Positions 40,709 through 51,783 are shown, numbered from the stretch's first letter. The stretch is DNA of 64,000 bases from an uncultured Dictyoglomota bacterium (GCA_964654465.1 CAZZIO010000035.1:1-64000); one strand, 5' to 3'. Made by a program: numbers and translations. Notes: generated by a model not told the origin, from the letters alone.

Positions 40709-42090
40709 TTTATATAGCCTATCATTCTAAATTTTTGAACAGGTTTATCTCCAACAATCTCTAAAACTGAACTTTCCAATTTTATGTTTTTAACTCTTTC
40801 ATATTGAGATAAAGCAAGCATTAAATCTGCTACTCCTTCGGTATCAAGACTATATCCCTCAATAATAATTTTTCTATCTAAGCCAATCTGAAAATTTGTA
40901 AGCCAACAACTTCTTGGAACAAAATTTTTAAGATCGGAAAGAAACAGAAAAGGTAACGCAACAGATGATCTTTCGTCAAGCCATCCTTCTAAGGTTTGCA
41001 ACAACAAATTGCCATCATCCACTTGTTTTCTTAAATTAAAAATCTGATCATTATATTTTGCTATCTCTTGACTCAAACTTTGTATTCTTCTATTTAAATC
41101 TCTAATTCTAAGATCCAAATAGAAATTCAAGGGAAATAGTAAAGATAAAGATAAAAGCAGAGATAATAAAGAACGGGTAATGAGCTCTCTATCAATATCT
41201 ATTTTCGACCTTATAAAATTGAGATCTGGTACAATCTTCTCTCTATAAAGAATTGAGCCTAAGAGGGGTAAACTTGTCTCTTGTATTAAGCTGGCTTTGA
41301 AAGTTAATGATAAATTTTCCAACAGATTAACTCCTATATTTAAAAACTTATCATCTTCTCCTACAATAACCACAGATTTTTCTTCTATGTCATATAAACC
41401 ACTATTTAAATAGGTGATCATTTCTTCTTTCCAACTTATATAGGCTGGATCTATATCTAAGGAATCTAAGTTTGTAAAATCATTGATACCAACACTTAAA
41501 TTTATAAAGGAAAATAATCTTCTATTATTCAAAAATATGAGATCAGTAGTATCATTTCCAATGAATATAACAGAGGCAATATTTTCCTTTTGTGTGTATA
41601 ATAGATATCTAAAAATTGTTAAAGAGGTTGGCTCAAAACGAATAAGAGATATTTTATTATTTTCAAAAATATCTTTAAAAGAATTTATTATAACCCTTGG
41701 TAAAGTTGCAACAATAAGTTTTACTTTATCTTTATCATCCAATATGGGAGAAAGGGATATAGAATAATTATCTAAACTTATACCTTGAGATTCTTCTAAA
41801 TCATCCAGAATATAGGTTTCAAGCTCCTTAACAGACATCTTTGGATACTCTACGATCCTCATCATTATATCTTTATTCTCAAAAGAAACAACCGCATTAT
41901 TATCTTTAATTTTATTCTTCTTTAAAAATTCATTTAATGTTTTCTTTATCTCTTCTACATCTTTTTTTCTATTCCAGAAATCTCCTTTTGGTATTTCGAA
42001 GGTAAATTTATTTTTTAATTCAACTTTTTTACCTTTAATATTTACTTGCCCTATATTTAACTTTCCATCAATCCAATGAATAGACAACAT
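40705..42090 (-). CDS. Fused PilM-like cytoplasmic domain, TM helix and PilN-like domain
   Basis: N-terminal R..EYPKMS..EL and IFIGNDTTDL; TM about 305-325; coiled coil; VPRSCWLTNF..IEGYSL..VADLM (PilN-like). Confidence 0.7.
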   Translation of the reverse strand: MLSIHWIDGKLNIGQVNIKGKKVELKNKFTFEIPKGDFWNRKKDVEEIKKTLNEFLKKNKIKDNNAVVSFENKDIMMRIVEYPKMSVKELETYILDDLEESQGISLDNYSISLSPILDDKDKVKLIVATLPRVIINSFKDIFENNKISLIRFEPTSLTIFRYLLYTQKENIASVIFIGNDTTDLIFLNNRRLFSFINLSVGINDFTNLDSLDIDPAYISWKEEMITYLNSGLYDIEEKSVVIVGEDDKFLNIGVNLLENLSLTFKASLIQETSLPLLGSILYREKIVPDLNFIRSKIDIDRELITRSLLSLLLSLSLLFPLNFYLDLRIRDLNRRIQSLSQEIAKYNDQIFNLRKQVDDGNLLLQTLEGWLDERSSVALPFLFLSDLKNFVPRSCWLTNFQIGLDRKIIIEGYSLDTEGVADLMLALSQYERVKNIKLESSVLEIVGDKPVQKFRMIGYIK

Positions 42091-42091
42091 A

Positions 42092-42523
42092 TCATTCCTC
42101 TGTCCACTTATTTATAGTAAGAGAATATGGAGCAGAAGTCCCAGTTCTTACTCCTTCTATATTTAAGGCTCTTGTATAAATGTAACTTTCTCCTGTATAT
42201 ACCGATTCAACTTGGGCTGTTGCAGAAATAACAAATGAATTTTCTGTACTATTATAATTATATTCCAATTTTGCAGTCCCCCAAAAGCCTGTAAAGGAAA
42301 AGGTATAAGTATTAGCAAAATAAGCTGATGGATTTACTAGCCATGTTAAACTATAAATAGCTATCTCAGCTACTCCTTCTGCAAGATATAACGCTTGTTT
42401 TTCTCCTATTTGGGCAGAAATACTTTTAATATTCCCCTCCCACATAGATATAACTCCACTTATTACTAAGCTAAGTATAGCAAAAACCAATAAAACTGCA
42501 ACTAAAATTTGTCCTTTTCTCAT
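42092..42523 (-). CDS. Short PilX-like minor pilin
   Basis: KG|QILVAVLL and QALYLAEG motifs. Confidence 0.75.
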   Translation of the reverse strand: MRKGQILVAVLLVFAILSLVISGVISMWEGNIKSISAQIGEKQALYLAEGVAEIAIYSLTWLVNPSAYFANTYTFSFTGFWGTAKLEYNYNSTENSFVISATAQVESVYTGESYIYTRALNIEGVRTGTSAPYSLTINKWTEE

Positions 42524-44151
42524 GGCATTATTGAATTTTTAGAAGCTGGTGTACAATAAGAATAATAATGATAATAGTATATAATTGAGCCAATTTTCCT
42601 TAGTCTTAAGAAATAATAATTTAGTATATTACTACTTTCCCAATTGGCAGGATCTTGAGAATTTCCAAAAATATGTTTTCTTTCTAAAGAATAGTGATAA
42701 TAATAGTAATTAGGAGGTTGAGACAAATATACTCTGTAACCACCCCAGGTTAAAGAATAACTTACTTGATCTACTATATTATTATAATTATCTCTTAATA
42801 CCACATTGCCAGAGTTATTTGGTAAAAGGGATGTGCCCCCTCCAAGACCCGAATTTCGCGTTCTTATGTAAGTATAAGATCCTGGAATATTATAGGACGT
42901 ATTGAGAGTTGAATTACTTCCACCAATTATTGCATATCCATTGGGAGGAATATTCCATGATCCTACCACAACAGTATTAAATCTATTATTATTTATACTC
43001 CAGTTTTGAATATTTATAGTTTGGGTTGTAGGATTATATAATTCAATAAATTCCATATTTCTTTCTCCTCTATTATTACCACTCCTATCAAATGTTGGAG
43101 GATAATACATTACTTCATTAATAATCAATCTCGGAATTAAGCAGTAAACGTACAAGCTTGAAGTATAATAATTTAAACAAAGACTATTTCTCCAATTTGA
43201 CGGATCATTGGAGGGAGCTGATATAGATTTACGAAGAAGAGAATAATAATTATTACCCGATGGATAACCACCCCAAGTATAGGAATAATCTACTTGATCA
43301 ATTACATTTTGCCTATCATCCTCTATAACAACAGATCCATAATTATCAGGCATCTCCCCATTTGCAGAGTAAAGACCTCTTTGCTGTGTTTTCAAATATA
43401 AATAGGAAGATGGAAGATTGTAAAAATTAGTTAAATTTGAATCTTTTCCTCCTATAATAGCATAATTACCAGGTGTTAATAAAAAGCTTCCTGAAGGACT
43501 GTCAAAAATTCTTGTAGTTCTATTAACTCTCCAACCATATAAGTTTACAGTATAAGTTGTTCCATTATACAGAACAATAAATTCCATATCTCTTTCATCT
43601 TGAGAATTTCCATTTTTATCAAGACTTGCAGGATAATACATAATCTCAGTAATGAATATACCTGATAACTGTGGTTGGACTTGAGTTCTTAAAGATACCA
43701 AAGTCATATGTTTTTCATTATTGTCCATGACAAGTGTAATTGATAGAGTTCTTATAGTAGATGTCAATGTGGTGTAGGTACCATTAAAATCATATCCAAT
43801 AAACCTAAGCTCTTTTATTGGACCCGCTTGAATCTCCCCATCAACAGTAAAATAATATTTTCCATTATATAATGTGTAGGAGAAACTTCTTATATCTCCT
43901 GTACAAAGCTGAATGGAAAGTTTACCAAGGGTATCAGTAGCAGAACTTATATCTAACACTTGAGATCCTTGTCTTATCTCTCTTGTTAATCTATCGAGAA
44001 TTATTTGGGCATTTGAGAATATTTCTTGAGATTCTTGTTTTCTACCAAAAAGATCTATGGTTCCTATAAGAACATTGGCAAGAAGAAGAGCAATCATTCC
44101 TAATATTAAAACACCTATAATCACTTCAATTAGGGTTAAGCCATTCCTCAT
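42520..44151 (-). CDS. PilW-like minor pilin with two tandem lamin-tail-like domains
   Basis: NG|LTLIEV; LTREIRQ; duplicated I.I.E.MYYP..D..E.MEFI.LYN.T ... IDQV.Y..WGGY...YSL.RK...P.NW. Confidence 0.8.
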   Translation of the reverse strand: MRNGLTLIEVIIGVLILGMIALLLANVLIGTIDLFGRKQESQEIFSNAQIILDRLTREIRQGSQVLDISSATDTLGKLSIQLCTGDIRSFSYTLYNGKYYFTVDGEIQAGPIKELRFIGYDFNGTYTTLTSTIRTLSITLVMDNNEKHMTLVSLRTQVQPQLSGIFITEIMYYPASLDKNGNSQDERDMEFIVLYNGTTYTVNLYGWRVNRTTRIFDSPSGSFLLTPGNYAIIGGKDSNLTNFYNLPSSYLYLKTQQRGLYSANGEMPDNYGSVVIEDDRQNVIDQVDYSYTWGGYPSGNNYYSLLRKSISAPSNDPSNWRNSLCLNYYTSSLYVYCLIPRLIINEVMYYPPTFDRSGNNRGERNMEFIELYNPTTQTINIQNWSINNNRFNTVVVGSWNIPPNGYAIIGGSNSTLNTSYNIPGSYTYIRTRNSGLGGGTSLLPNNSGNVVLRDNYNNIVDQVSYSLTWGGYRVYLSQPPNYYYYHYSLERKHIFGNSQDPANWESSNILNYYFLRLRKIGSIIYYYHYYSYCTPASKNSIMP

Positions 44152-44153
44152 TA

Positions 44154-44540
44154 TTATCTCCTTCTTGATATTAAACTAACAAGAACTGCTTTACCCTCAA
44201 AATTATCTAATGTATTGTTATTATTTGCATCATTCCAAACTGTAATTGTAAATTGTCTTAGTGAATTTGTAATGTTTGTAATGCTTATTGTATAAAGATA
44301 GCTTGTATATCCAATACTAGCAAAATTTCCAGAAATGGGAAAAGAAGCTGTCCAATTGGCTAAAATAGTTTTTCTATAATCTTCTATAACTCTTTCAGAT
44401 AATTCTAAGCATGTACTTTCAATTTTTTCCATATCATCCTCATTTAAAATATGGTATAACCCAACTCCAAAGGATGCCATAAATATTCCTAAAATAAGTA
44501 TTGATATCAAAACTTCTAAGAAGGTAAAACCTCTTTTCAT
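44154..44540 (-). CDS. PilV-like minor pilin
   Basis: RG|FTFLEVLI signal; LRQFTITVW. Confidence 0.8.
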   Translation of the reverse strand: MKRGFTFLEVLISILILGIFMASFGVGLYHILNEDDMEKIESTCLELSERVIEDYRKTILANWTASFPISGNFASIGYTSYLYTISITNITNSLRQFTITVWNDANNNNTLDNFEGKAVLVSLISRRR

Positions 44541-44971
44541 AAACCTTCCACTTCAATAAAACCTAAGGAATTTATCCTTATAGTAGAAGTATAATTATCA
44601 ATTATTAATGTTAAAATGGCATAAGTTTCTGTATAATCAGCTGTAAAATTGCCATCTCTATCAAAGGAAAATAAAGTAGCAGTTGTATTTACAGAAATAT
44701 TATTAAAAAATCTTGTTACAATCTTTCCCTTATCATCAAGGAAGGTATAGGAAGTATATGCCTGAGGTGAGATTATTAATATCCAGTCAGTTTTATTAAT
44801 TATTGCTCTTTGTCTTATATATCTTATATCCTGAATAAATTGATTTGTAGTATTCTGTAATAATATTTTAGAGTCCGGTTTACTCAATATAGAGTTATAT
44901 GTAATCCATAAAAGGATTCCTAAGATGGATATTACTACTATAACCTCTAAGAATGAAAACCCCTTTTTCAT
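44537..44971 (-). CDS. FimT/FimU (GspH)-like minor pilin
   Basis: KG|FSFLEVIV signal; DIRYIRQRAI, FDRDG and INSLG motifs. Confidence 0.8.
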   Translation of the reverse strand: MKKGFSFLEVIVVISILGILLWITYNSILSKPDSKILLQNTTNQFIQDIRYIRQRAIINKTDWILIISPQAYTSYTFLDDKGKIVTRFFNNISVNTTATLFSFDRDGNFTADYTETYAILTLIIDNYTSTIRINSLGFIEVEGL

Positions 44972-45013
44972 GTTTTTATTTTATCAAATCTTTAAAAGTT
45001 TTTACAAGAAGTT

Positions 45014-45469
45014 TTAAAAACTCACCTTTCCATTTTTATAAAACTTTATAACTCTCTTTGTAAAAAATGTTGAAAGTGATATTTCACCTTCTGGATATAT
45101 ATTTCCATTTTCAAAATAAAAAGTATAAGTCCCTTTTGGGCTATATGCTCTTATACCTGAGGGAATAAGATGAGGAGAAAGATATATTTTTTTTGTTTTT
45201 TCCCCATACATCCAATAAAATTGAATAGAATTTGTCTTAGAAGAGTAATAAAAATCAAAGACTACTTTTTCATTTTTTAAAACTGAAAGCTGTAGAGCAT
45301 AGTTTGCATTTATTACTATCTCATGGGAAATTATAAATGCTTGTACCCCTAACCAAAAAAATATATTAAAAAACATATAAAGAAGAATTAATAAAATACA
45401 TGTAAGAAGAGTATATAATAATGGACTTATAATTTTTTTAAGCTTTAAGATATTAAAAAGTTTCTTCAT
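45014..45469 (-). CDS. Pilin-like membrane protein without a canonical prepilin cleavage site
   Basis: TM, then YALQLSV..VVFDF, FYFENGN and FYKNGKV, reminiscent of the FimT/GspH layout. Confidence 0.55.
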   Translation of the reverse strand: MKKLFNILKLKKIISPLLYTLLTCILLILLYMFFNIFFWLGVQAFIISHEIVINANYALQLSVLKNEKVVFDFYYSSKTNSIQFYWMYGEKTKKIYLSPHLIPSGIRAYSPKGTYTFYFENGNIYPEGEISLSTFFTKRVIKFYKNGKVSF

Positions 45470-45477
45470 TTATTAAC

Positions 45478-45505
45478 AAAAAGCCCCGAAGACAAGCTTC
45501 GGGGC
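45478..45505 (-). terminator. Intrinsic terminator after the major pilin
   Basis: GCCCCGAAG-CTTGT-CTTCGGGGC-TTTTT on the minus strand. Confidence 0.85.
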
Positions 45506-45523
45506 ATAAATATAGTTACAAAA

Positions 45524-45907
45524 CTATGGAGATGTATAAGATAAAGTATAGGATTTTGCTGAACCTTGATAAACTAATATATGAGCATTACTCTCATCCC
45601 AAGTAGCAGGTGCAGATCCTTGAGAAGTATATGTTTGCCCATTATACGGACATACTGGTGTTTCTGAGAAGTAGTTAGGATCTTTTAAGAAATTAACAAA
45701 TGTCTGTGTATCTGTTGGATATGTGTTATTTTTGTTCCTATAATATTCTAAGCTCGTTCTTATTATTGCTATATTTGTTCTCTGAGCATTTCTTTTGGCA
45801 TCTGCTACCGCATCAAAATATCTTGGTAATGCGATAGCTATAAGGATTCCAAGAATAGCTACTACAACTAAAAGCTCTAACAAGGAGAAACCTTTACTAT
45901 TTTTCAA
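45524..45907 (-). CDS. Major type IV pilin (PilA/ComGC-like)
   Basis: KG|FSLLELLVVVAILGILIAIALP; strong SD AAGGAGGTGA before TTG 45907; own promoter and terminator. Confidence 0.88.
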   Translation of the reverse strand: MKNSKGFSLLELLVVVAILGILIAIALPRYFDAVADAKRNAQRTNIAIIRTSLEYYRNKNNTYPTDTQTFVNFLKDPNYFSETPVCPYNGQTYTSQGSAPATWDESNAHILVYQGSAKSYTLSYTSP

Positions 45908-45954
45908 ATAACTCACCTCCTTTCCCAAAATTTAAAAATTATTATCTTTACTAA

Positions 45955-45982
45955 ATTATATCACAAATTTATCATATACCAA
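45955..45982 (-). promoter_or_regulatory. Major pilin promoter TTGGTA-N16-TATAAT with extended -10
   Basis: Minus-strand TGaTATAAT at 45963-45955. Confidence 0.6.
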
Positions 45983-45992
45983 GTATTAATTC

Positions 45993-47195
45993 CTACCTTC
46001 TAAAAAGTCTTACCATATTAAACATTGGGAGATACATTGATATAACAATGAAGAAAACTACAATACCTAAAAACAATGTTAATGCAGGTTCTATTAGAGA
46101 GGTTATTCTTTTTGTTCCAATCTCTATCTCTCTTTGGGAAAATCTACTATATTCTTCTAGCATAGAATCCAATCTTCCACTCCTCTCCCCTACTGCTATC
46201 ATTTGCTTTAAAAGAGGGGTAAATACATTCTCATCAATAAGCTCTGATAAATTTCTTCCCTCCAAAACCCCAGAAAGGATTTTTCTAAGATTCTCTGAGA
46301 AATATAGATTTCCCATTACGTCTTCAAGGATTTCCAAAGATTGGGTTATTAATATTCCACCTGTTATAAGTACATAAAAGGTACTAGTAAATCTATTAAG
46401 TAACACTTTTCGCCACAGATTGCCTATTTTAGGAATATTCAGTTTAAACTCATCCCACCATCTTTTTATCTTTTTAATTTTTAGGGCTTGTTTTATTCCA
46501 ATAATAATCAAAAAAAACAAGATAAAAATAATAAATAGATTTTTCTTAACAAAATCTCCTAATAATATAGTAATCCTTGTGGGAAGAGGAAGAGGTACAT
46601 TAGTTCTCCCATAGATTCTTTGAAAAGTAGGCACTACAAAAGTTAGCATAAATATTACAACCAAGATTGCAGCAACCATAACTATTATAGGGTAAGTAGT
46701 AACTGATTTTATTCTTTCCCTTAATTCATGTTGTTCATCAAAATACCTTGAAAGTCTCTCCAACATAATATCAAGACTTCCTGTAATTTCACCCGTTCTC
46801 ACTAAGCTTATAAATATTTTGGGAAATACATTAGGATATTTAGAAAGAGCCTCTGATAGACTCAATCCAGAATCAACACTTTTTCTTACATCATTAAGTA
46901 TATCTCTAAAATAAGGATTGTTGGTTTGAGATGATAAAGTTGTAAGACATTCTGTAAGAATAATTCCAGATCTTAAAAGAGTTGCAAATTGGGATGTGAA
47001 TAAAACAAGCTCTGGAAGAGTAACTTTCTTTTTATAGGTTAAAGTTTTCCATAATGAGGATTCTTTTTTTAAGGATATTACATATAATTTCCTTAATTTT
47101 AGAATTCTTCTTGCTTCTCTTTCATTGGTTGCTTCAATTATACCTTTATATCTTCTTCCCTCAAGATCTCTTGCCACATATCTATAGGAGGGCAA
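45993..47195 (-). CDS. pilC: Type IV pilus platform protein PilC/GspF
   Basis: Two GspF repeats (GEITGSLD, GERSGRLD); MYLPMF C-terminus. Confidence 0.93.
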   Translation of the reverse strand: MPSYRYVARDLEGRRYKGIIEATNEREARRILKLRKLYVISLKKESSLWKTLTYKKKVTLPELVLFTSQFATLLRSGIILTECLTTLSSQTNNPYFRDILNDVRKSVDSGLSLSEALSKYPNVFPKIFISLVRTGEITGSLDIMLERLSRYFDEQHELRERIKSVTTYPIIVMVAAILVVIFMLTFVVPTFQRIYGRTNVPLPLPTRITILLGDFVKKNLFIIFILFFLIIIGIKQALKIKKIKRWWDEFKLNIPKIGNLWRKVLLNRFTSTFYVLITGGILITQSLEILEDVMGNLYFSENLRKILSGVLEGRNLSELIDENVFTPLLKQMIAVGERSGRLDSMLEEYSRFSQREIEIGTKRITSLIEPALTLFLGIVVFFIVISMYLPMFNMVRLFRR

Positions 47196-47196
47196 A

Positions 47197-48885
47197 TTAA
47201 TCCTCCTCCCAAGCTATTACTCTACGTGCCTCCTCAATAGTAGTTATTCCTGATAATACCTTTTCTCTTGCATTCATATGTAAGGTTTTCATCCCCTCTC
47301 TTAATGCCATATCCCTAATTTCATCAATAGATGCCCTTTTATTTATTAATGTCCTTATGTTCTTAGTTATTTTTAATAACTCAAAAATTCCAGTTCTTCC
47401 TGAATATCCTGTATAATTACAGAATAGACAACCTTTTCCTCGCACAAGTCTTATATTTCTTCCTTCATCTTTTGTTAATCCGAGTTCTTCTATTTCCTCC
47501 GATGAAGGTATATACTCTTCTTTACAAGATAAACATATAGTCCTTACTAATCTTTGGGCTACTATCCCTATAAGTGAAGATGCAATTAAAAAAGGTTCCA
47601 GCCCCATTTGTATCAATCTCGCCACAGCACTTACAGAATCATTTGCATGAAAAGTACTTAACAACAAATGACCCGTTAGAGCAGCTTCAATAGCGGTATT
47701 TAATGTTTCTGAATCCCTAATTTCACCCACCATTATAATATTGGGATCAAGTCTCAAGATATTTCTAAGTCCCATAGCAAAATCTATACCTATCTTTGGT
47801 TGTATCTGAATCTGATTTATTCCTGGAAGTTCGTATTCTACCGGATCTTCTAAGGTTATTATATTTACTGATGGTTTATTTAAAACATTTAAAGCTGAGT
47901 ATAATGTGGTAGTTTTACCGCTTCCTGTAGGTCCTGTGACAAGGATCATTCCAAAAGGTCTTTTTATAAGATGTTCAAATACATTAAGGTCTTCATTTGT
48001 CATGCCCAATCTATCAAGCTCAATAAGTACTTTTGATTTATCCAGTAATCTTATAACTACCATTTCTCCGTGTATAGTACCCACTGAAGCTACTCTTAAA
48101 TCAAAGATTTTATTTTCATATCTATAAGTTGCTCTTCCATCTTGAGGTCTTCTTCTTTCTGCTATATCCATTCCTGATATTACCTTTATTCTTGTTACTA
48201 CAGCATCTTGAATTTCCTTAGGAATACTCATAATATCATAAAGAATTCCATGGATTCTATATCTTACCTTCATCTCTTTCTCTTGGGGATCTAAATGGAT
48301 ATCGCTGGCATTTCTTGTGATTGCTTCATTAATTATAGAAGATACCAATCTAACAATAGGTGCTTCTTCAACGCCTATTGCAGGAGGGGCTTCAACTATT
48401 GTTTCTACCGGCATACTCCTTTGAAAGTCTTGAACAGCAGAAAGGGTACTCTTCTCTAAAGGGAAAAGTTTTGACATAATCTGATTAAACTCTTTATCGG
48501 TAGTAATAAACAATCTTATTGGTGCCTTTACTATTCTTCTTATTTCATTTACTACTACAGGATCAATAGGAGGAACTATAGCAACATGTATTATTCCACT
48601 TTCTCTTTTCATAGGTATAAATTTATATTTTCTTAAAAGATTTTCTGGAAAGGATCCAGCTAATTTTTCATCAATAGGGATTTCAGACAAAGAAATATAG
48701 GGAATTTCACTTTGCCTTTCTAATACTTTTCCAATATCCTCGGGCTTTACATATCCTCTCTCGATCAGTATTTGTCCTAATTTAACCCCAGTTTTCTTCT
48801 GTTCCTCGAGAGCTTTCTCTAATTGCTCCTTTGTTATAAGTCCTAATTCTAAAAGATATTCACCTAAGGGCTTTTTCTCTTTCAT
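47197..48885 (-). CDS. pilB: Type IV pilus assembly ATPase PilB/GspE with MshEN-like N-terminus
   Basis: [53 protein letters not shown]; CxxC zinc motifs. Confidence 0.94.
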   Translation of the reverse strand: MKEKKPLGEYLLELGLITKEQLEKALEEQKKTGVKLGQILIERGYVKPEDIGKVLERQSEIPYISLSEIPIDEKLAGSFPENLLRKYKFIPMKRESGIIHVAIVPPIDPVVVNEIRRIVKAPIRLFITTDKEFNQIMSKLFPLEKSTLSAVQDFQRSMPVETIVEAPPAIGVEEAPIVRLVSSIINEAITRNASDIHLDPQEKEMKVRYRIHGILYDIMSIPKEIQDAVVTRIKVISGMDIAERRRPQDGRATYRYENKIFDLRVASVGTIHGEMVVIRLLDKSKVLIELDRLGMTNEDLNVFEHLIKRPFGMILVTGPTGSGKTTTLYSALNVLNKPSVNIITLEDPVEYELPGINQIQIQPKIGIDFAMGLRNILRLDPNIIMVGEIRDSETLNTAIEAALTGHLLLSTFHANDSVSAVARLIQMGLEPFLIASSLIGIVAQRLVRTICLSCKEEYIPSSEEIEELGLTKDEGRNIRLVRGKGCLFCNYTGYSGRTGIFELLKITKNIRTLINKRASIDEIRDMALREGMKTLHMNAREKVLSGITTIEEARRVIAWEED

Positions 48886-50327
48886 AATTTATTTAATTCT
48901 TCTTCAAGAAGATTTTTTACTAAATCTAAACTCGCTCTTCCTTTTGTCTCTTTCATCACCTGACCTACTAAAAAGTTCAAGACTTGTTTCTTCCCCTTCT
49001 TCCAGTCAGAAACTGCTTTTTCATTATTTAATATAACCTTTTGAATAACCTCTTGTAAATATGAAGTATCAGATACTGTTTTTAAACCTTCCTCTTCCAC
49101 TATCTTCTCTGGATCTTTACCTGTGGTTAGATATTTTCTTAATACGTCCTTTGCTACAGGACGTGTTATTTCGTTTTTATCTACCATTTGTATTAATTTT
49201 ATAAATTTTTCAGGAAGTATATTTAAATCTTTAAAGGACATATTATTATCATTCAAATAACTTAAGATTTCTACAGATATCCAATTTAAAAGATTTTTGG
49301 GATTAGTATATAACACTAGAGACTTATCAAAAAATTCTGCTAATTCCCTTTCAGAAATAATTATCTCAACTTCATTAGGTAATAAACCTAATGCAAAATA
49401 TTTTCTTCTTAGTTCCTTTGGTAATACTGGAATTTCCTTTTTTATTTTTTCCTTCATCTCCTCTGTCACGATTAAAGGGGGAAGATCAGGTTCAGGAAAA
49501 TATCTATAATCTTCTGCTTCTTCTTTTCCTCTTAAACTCACTGTTTTTTGCTTTTTTTCATCCCAATGCCTTGTCTCTTGTATTACTTGTTCACCATTTT
49601 TCAAAAGTTCAATCTGCCTTTCAATTTCATATTCTAAAGCCTTTTCCAAGGAATAAAAAGAATTTACATTTTTTATCTCAGTTCTTGTTCCTAAAACTCC
49701 TTCCTGAGTTTGTATAGAAATATTAGCATCACATCTTAGAGAACCTTTTTCCATATCTCCGCTACTTATTTCTAAATATCTTAAGATTAATCTTAGTTCC
49801 TGTAAAAATATTCTTGCTTCTTGAGGAGAATTTATATCAGGTTCTGTAACAATCTCAATAAGAGGAATGCCTGCCCTATTAAAATCGACAAGACTGTAAT
49901 CGGCTTCTGATAATCTATCCCCTGTCCCTATATGTAATAATTTTCCAGCATCTTCCTCTAAATGAATTCTCTTTATTCTTATTTTCTTAACTTCCCCATC
50001 CACAAAAATTTCCAAATAACCATTCTTGCATAAAGGTAAATCATATTGAGATATTTGGTATCCTTTGGGTAAATCCGGATAGAAATAATTTTTTCTATCA
50101 AACTTTGAATAATTTGAAATCTCGCAGTTCAAAGCTAAACCAGCCTTTATTGCAAATTCTACCGCTTTTTTATTAAGTACTGGAAGGACTCCTGGAAACC
50201 CCATACATATTGGGCAAACATTAGTATTTGGGGGGACATTTTCATGATCCGTACTACAAGAGCAAAAAAGTTTAGTTTCAGTAGATAGCTGAGCATGTAC
50301 TTCCAATCCTATTACTGGTTTTAGCAT
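48882..50327 (-). CDS. gatB: Asp/Glu-tRNA amidotransferase subunit B
   Basis: [23 protein letters not shown] and [10 protein letters not shown] motifs. Confidence 0.98.
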   Translation of the reverse strand: MLKPVIGLEVHAQLSTETKLFCSCSTDHENVPPNTNVCPICMGFPGVLPVLNKKAVEFAIKAGLALNCEISNYSKFDRKNYFYPDLPKGYQISQYDLPLCKNGYLEIFVDGEVKKIRIKRIHLEEDAGKLLHIGTGDRLSEADYSLVDFNRAGIPLIEIVTEPDINSPQEARIFLQELRLILRYLEISSGDMEKGSLRCDANISIQTQEGVLGTRTEIKNVNSFYSLEKALEYEIERQIELLKNGEQVIQETRHWDEKKQKTVSLRGKEEAEDYRYFPEPDLPPLIVTEEMKEKIKKEIPVLPKELRRKYFALGLLPNEVEIIISERELAEFFDKSLVLYTNPKNLLNWISVEILSYLNDNNMSFKDLNILPEKFIKLIQMVDKNEITRPVAKDVLRKYLTTGKDPEKIVEEEGLKTVSDTSYLQEVIQKVILNNEKAVSDWKKGKKQVLNFLVGQVMKETKGRASLDLVKNLLEEELNKL

Positions 50328-50329
50328 TT

Positions 50330-51778
50330 TTAAGTCCTCCTCTTTTGAGGAAGAGTTGGGTATTTACTTGAAAAATCCATCATTTCTTGATATGCATAAG
50401 CAAACTGAAGAAGTCTATTTTCTGAAAAGAAAGTACTCATGAATTGAATTCCTACAGGTAGATTATTATAGAAACCAGCAGGCATAGAGATAGCAGGAAT
50501 ACCAGCAAGGTTTACTGGTATAGTCATTATATCGGTTAGATACATTTGAAGAGGGTCAGATATCTTCTCTCCTAATTTAAATGGGAGTATAGGACTTGTT
50601 GGTGAAACAATTATATCAACTTTTTTGAATGCTTCCTCAAATTCTTTTCTAATTAAATTCCTTACCTTTGTTGCCTTTAAATAATAGGCATCATAATACC
50701 CAGCACTTAAAGCATAAGTACCCAATATTATTCTTCTTTTAACTTCACTTCCAAAGCCATGACCTCTTGTGTTCTTATACATTGATATAAGATCTTCTGC
50801 CTCTTCTCTATATCCATACTTTACTCCATCATATCTTGCCAAATTGGAACTTGCTTCAGAGGTAGCAATGATATAATAAACTGAAAGGGCATATTCTATA
50901 GAAGGAAGAGATATCTCTATTATTTCAACTCCTAAATCCTTGAATATATCAAAGGATTTGTCAAGAACTCTTAAAACTTCCTCTGAAACCCCTTTCTGCC
51001 AAAGTTCTTCAGGGAATCCTACTTTCCATCCCTTTACGCTCTTACCCAAGTTTTCAAAATAATTTGGAATCTCATAAGGAGAAGACGTAGAATCCATGGG
51101 GTCATATCCAGCAATAACCTGAAGAATTAAAGCCACATCCTCTACTCTTCTACCAAAAGGTCCTATCTGATCTAAGGATGATGCAAAGGCTACAAGTCCA
51201 TATCGTGATACAAGGCCATATGTGGGTTTTAATCCTATAACTCCAGTAAAAGACGCAGGCAACCTTATAGATCCACCCGTATCAGATCCTATCGAAACAG
51301 GTACTTCTCCTGCTGAAACACATGCTGCAGATCCACCACTTGACCCTCCTGGAACTCTCTCAATATCCCAAGGGTTTTTAGTAGGACCAAAAGCAGAATT
51401 TTCTGTAGAGGAACCCATGGCAAATTCATCTAAATTTGTTTTTCCAATTATTATCGCTCCATTATCTTTAAGCCTTCTTATAACAGTAGCATCATATGGA
51501 GGTGTAAAATTTTCAAGAATTTTGGAAGCGCAAGTAGTCCTAATATTTTTTGTAAGTATATTATCCTTTACAGCAATAGGAATTCCATAAAGAGGTAAAT
51601 TTTTAGGTTTTTTCTCAATTTCACTAATTTGTTTTTCTATTTCATTATAAGGCACTATAAGGAAAGCATGAATAAATGGTTCCCATTCTTCTATCTTTTT
51701 TAGATAAAAATCTATTAACTCCCTTACTTTTAGCTCATTTTTACTATATAAATCTTTTAATTCCTTAAGAGTTCTCAT
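50330..51778 (-). CDS. gatA: Asp/Glu-tRNA amidotransferase subunit A
   Basis: [17 protein letters not shown] and SNLARYDG motifs. Confidence 0.98.
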   Translation of the reverse strand: MRTLKELKDLYSKNELKVRELIDFYLKKIEEWEPFIHAFLIVPYNEIEKQISEIEKKPKNLPLYGIPIAVKDNILTKNIRTTCASKILENFTPPYDATVIRRLKDNGAIIIGKTNLDEFAMGSSTENSAFGPTKNPWDIERVPGGSSGGSAACVSAGEVPVSIGSDTGGSIRLPASFTGVIGLKPTYGLVSRYGLVAFASSLDQIGPFGRRVEDVALILQVIAGYDPMDSTSSPYEIPNYFENLGKSVKGWKVGFPEELWQKGVSEEVLRVLDKSFDIFKDLGVEIIEISLPSIEYALSVYYIIATSEASSNLARYDGVKYGYREEAEDLISMYKNTRGHGFGSEVKRRIILGTYALSAGYYDAYYLKATKVRNLIRKEFEEAFKKVDIIVSPTSPILPFKLGEKISDPLQMYLTDIMTIPVNLAGIPAISMPAGFYNNLPVGIQFMSTFFSENRLLQFAYAYQEMMDFSSKYPTLPQKRRT

Positions 51779-51783
51779 ACTAA

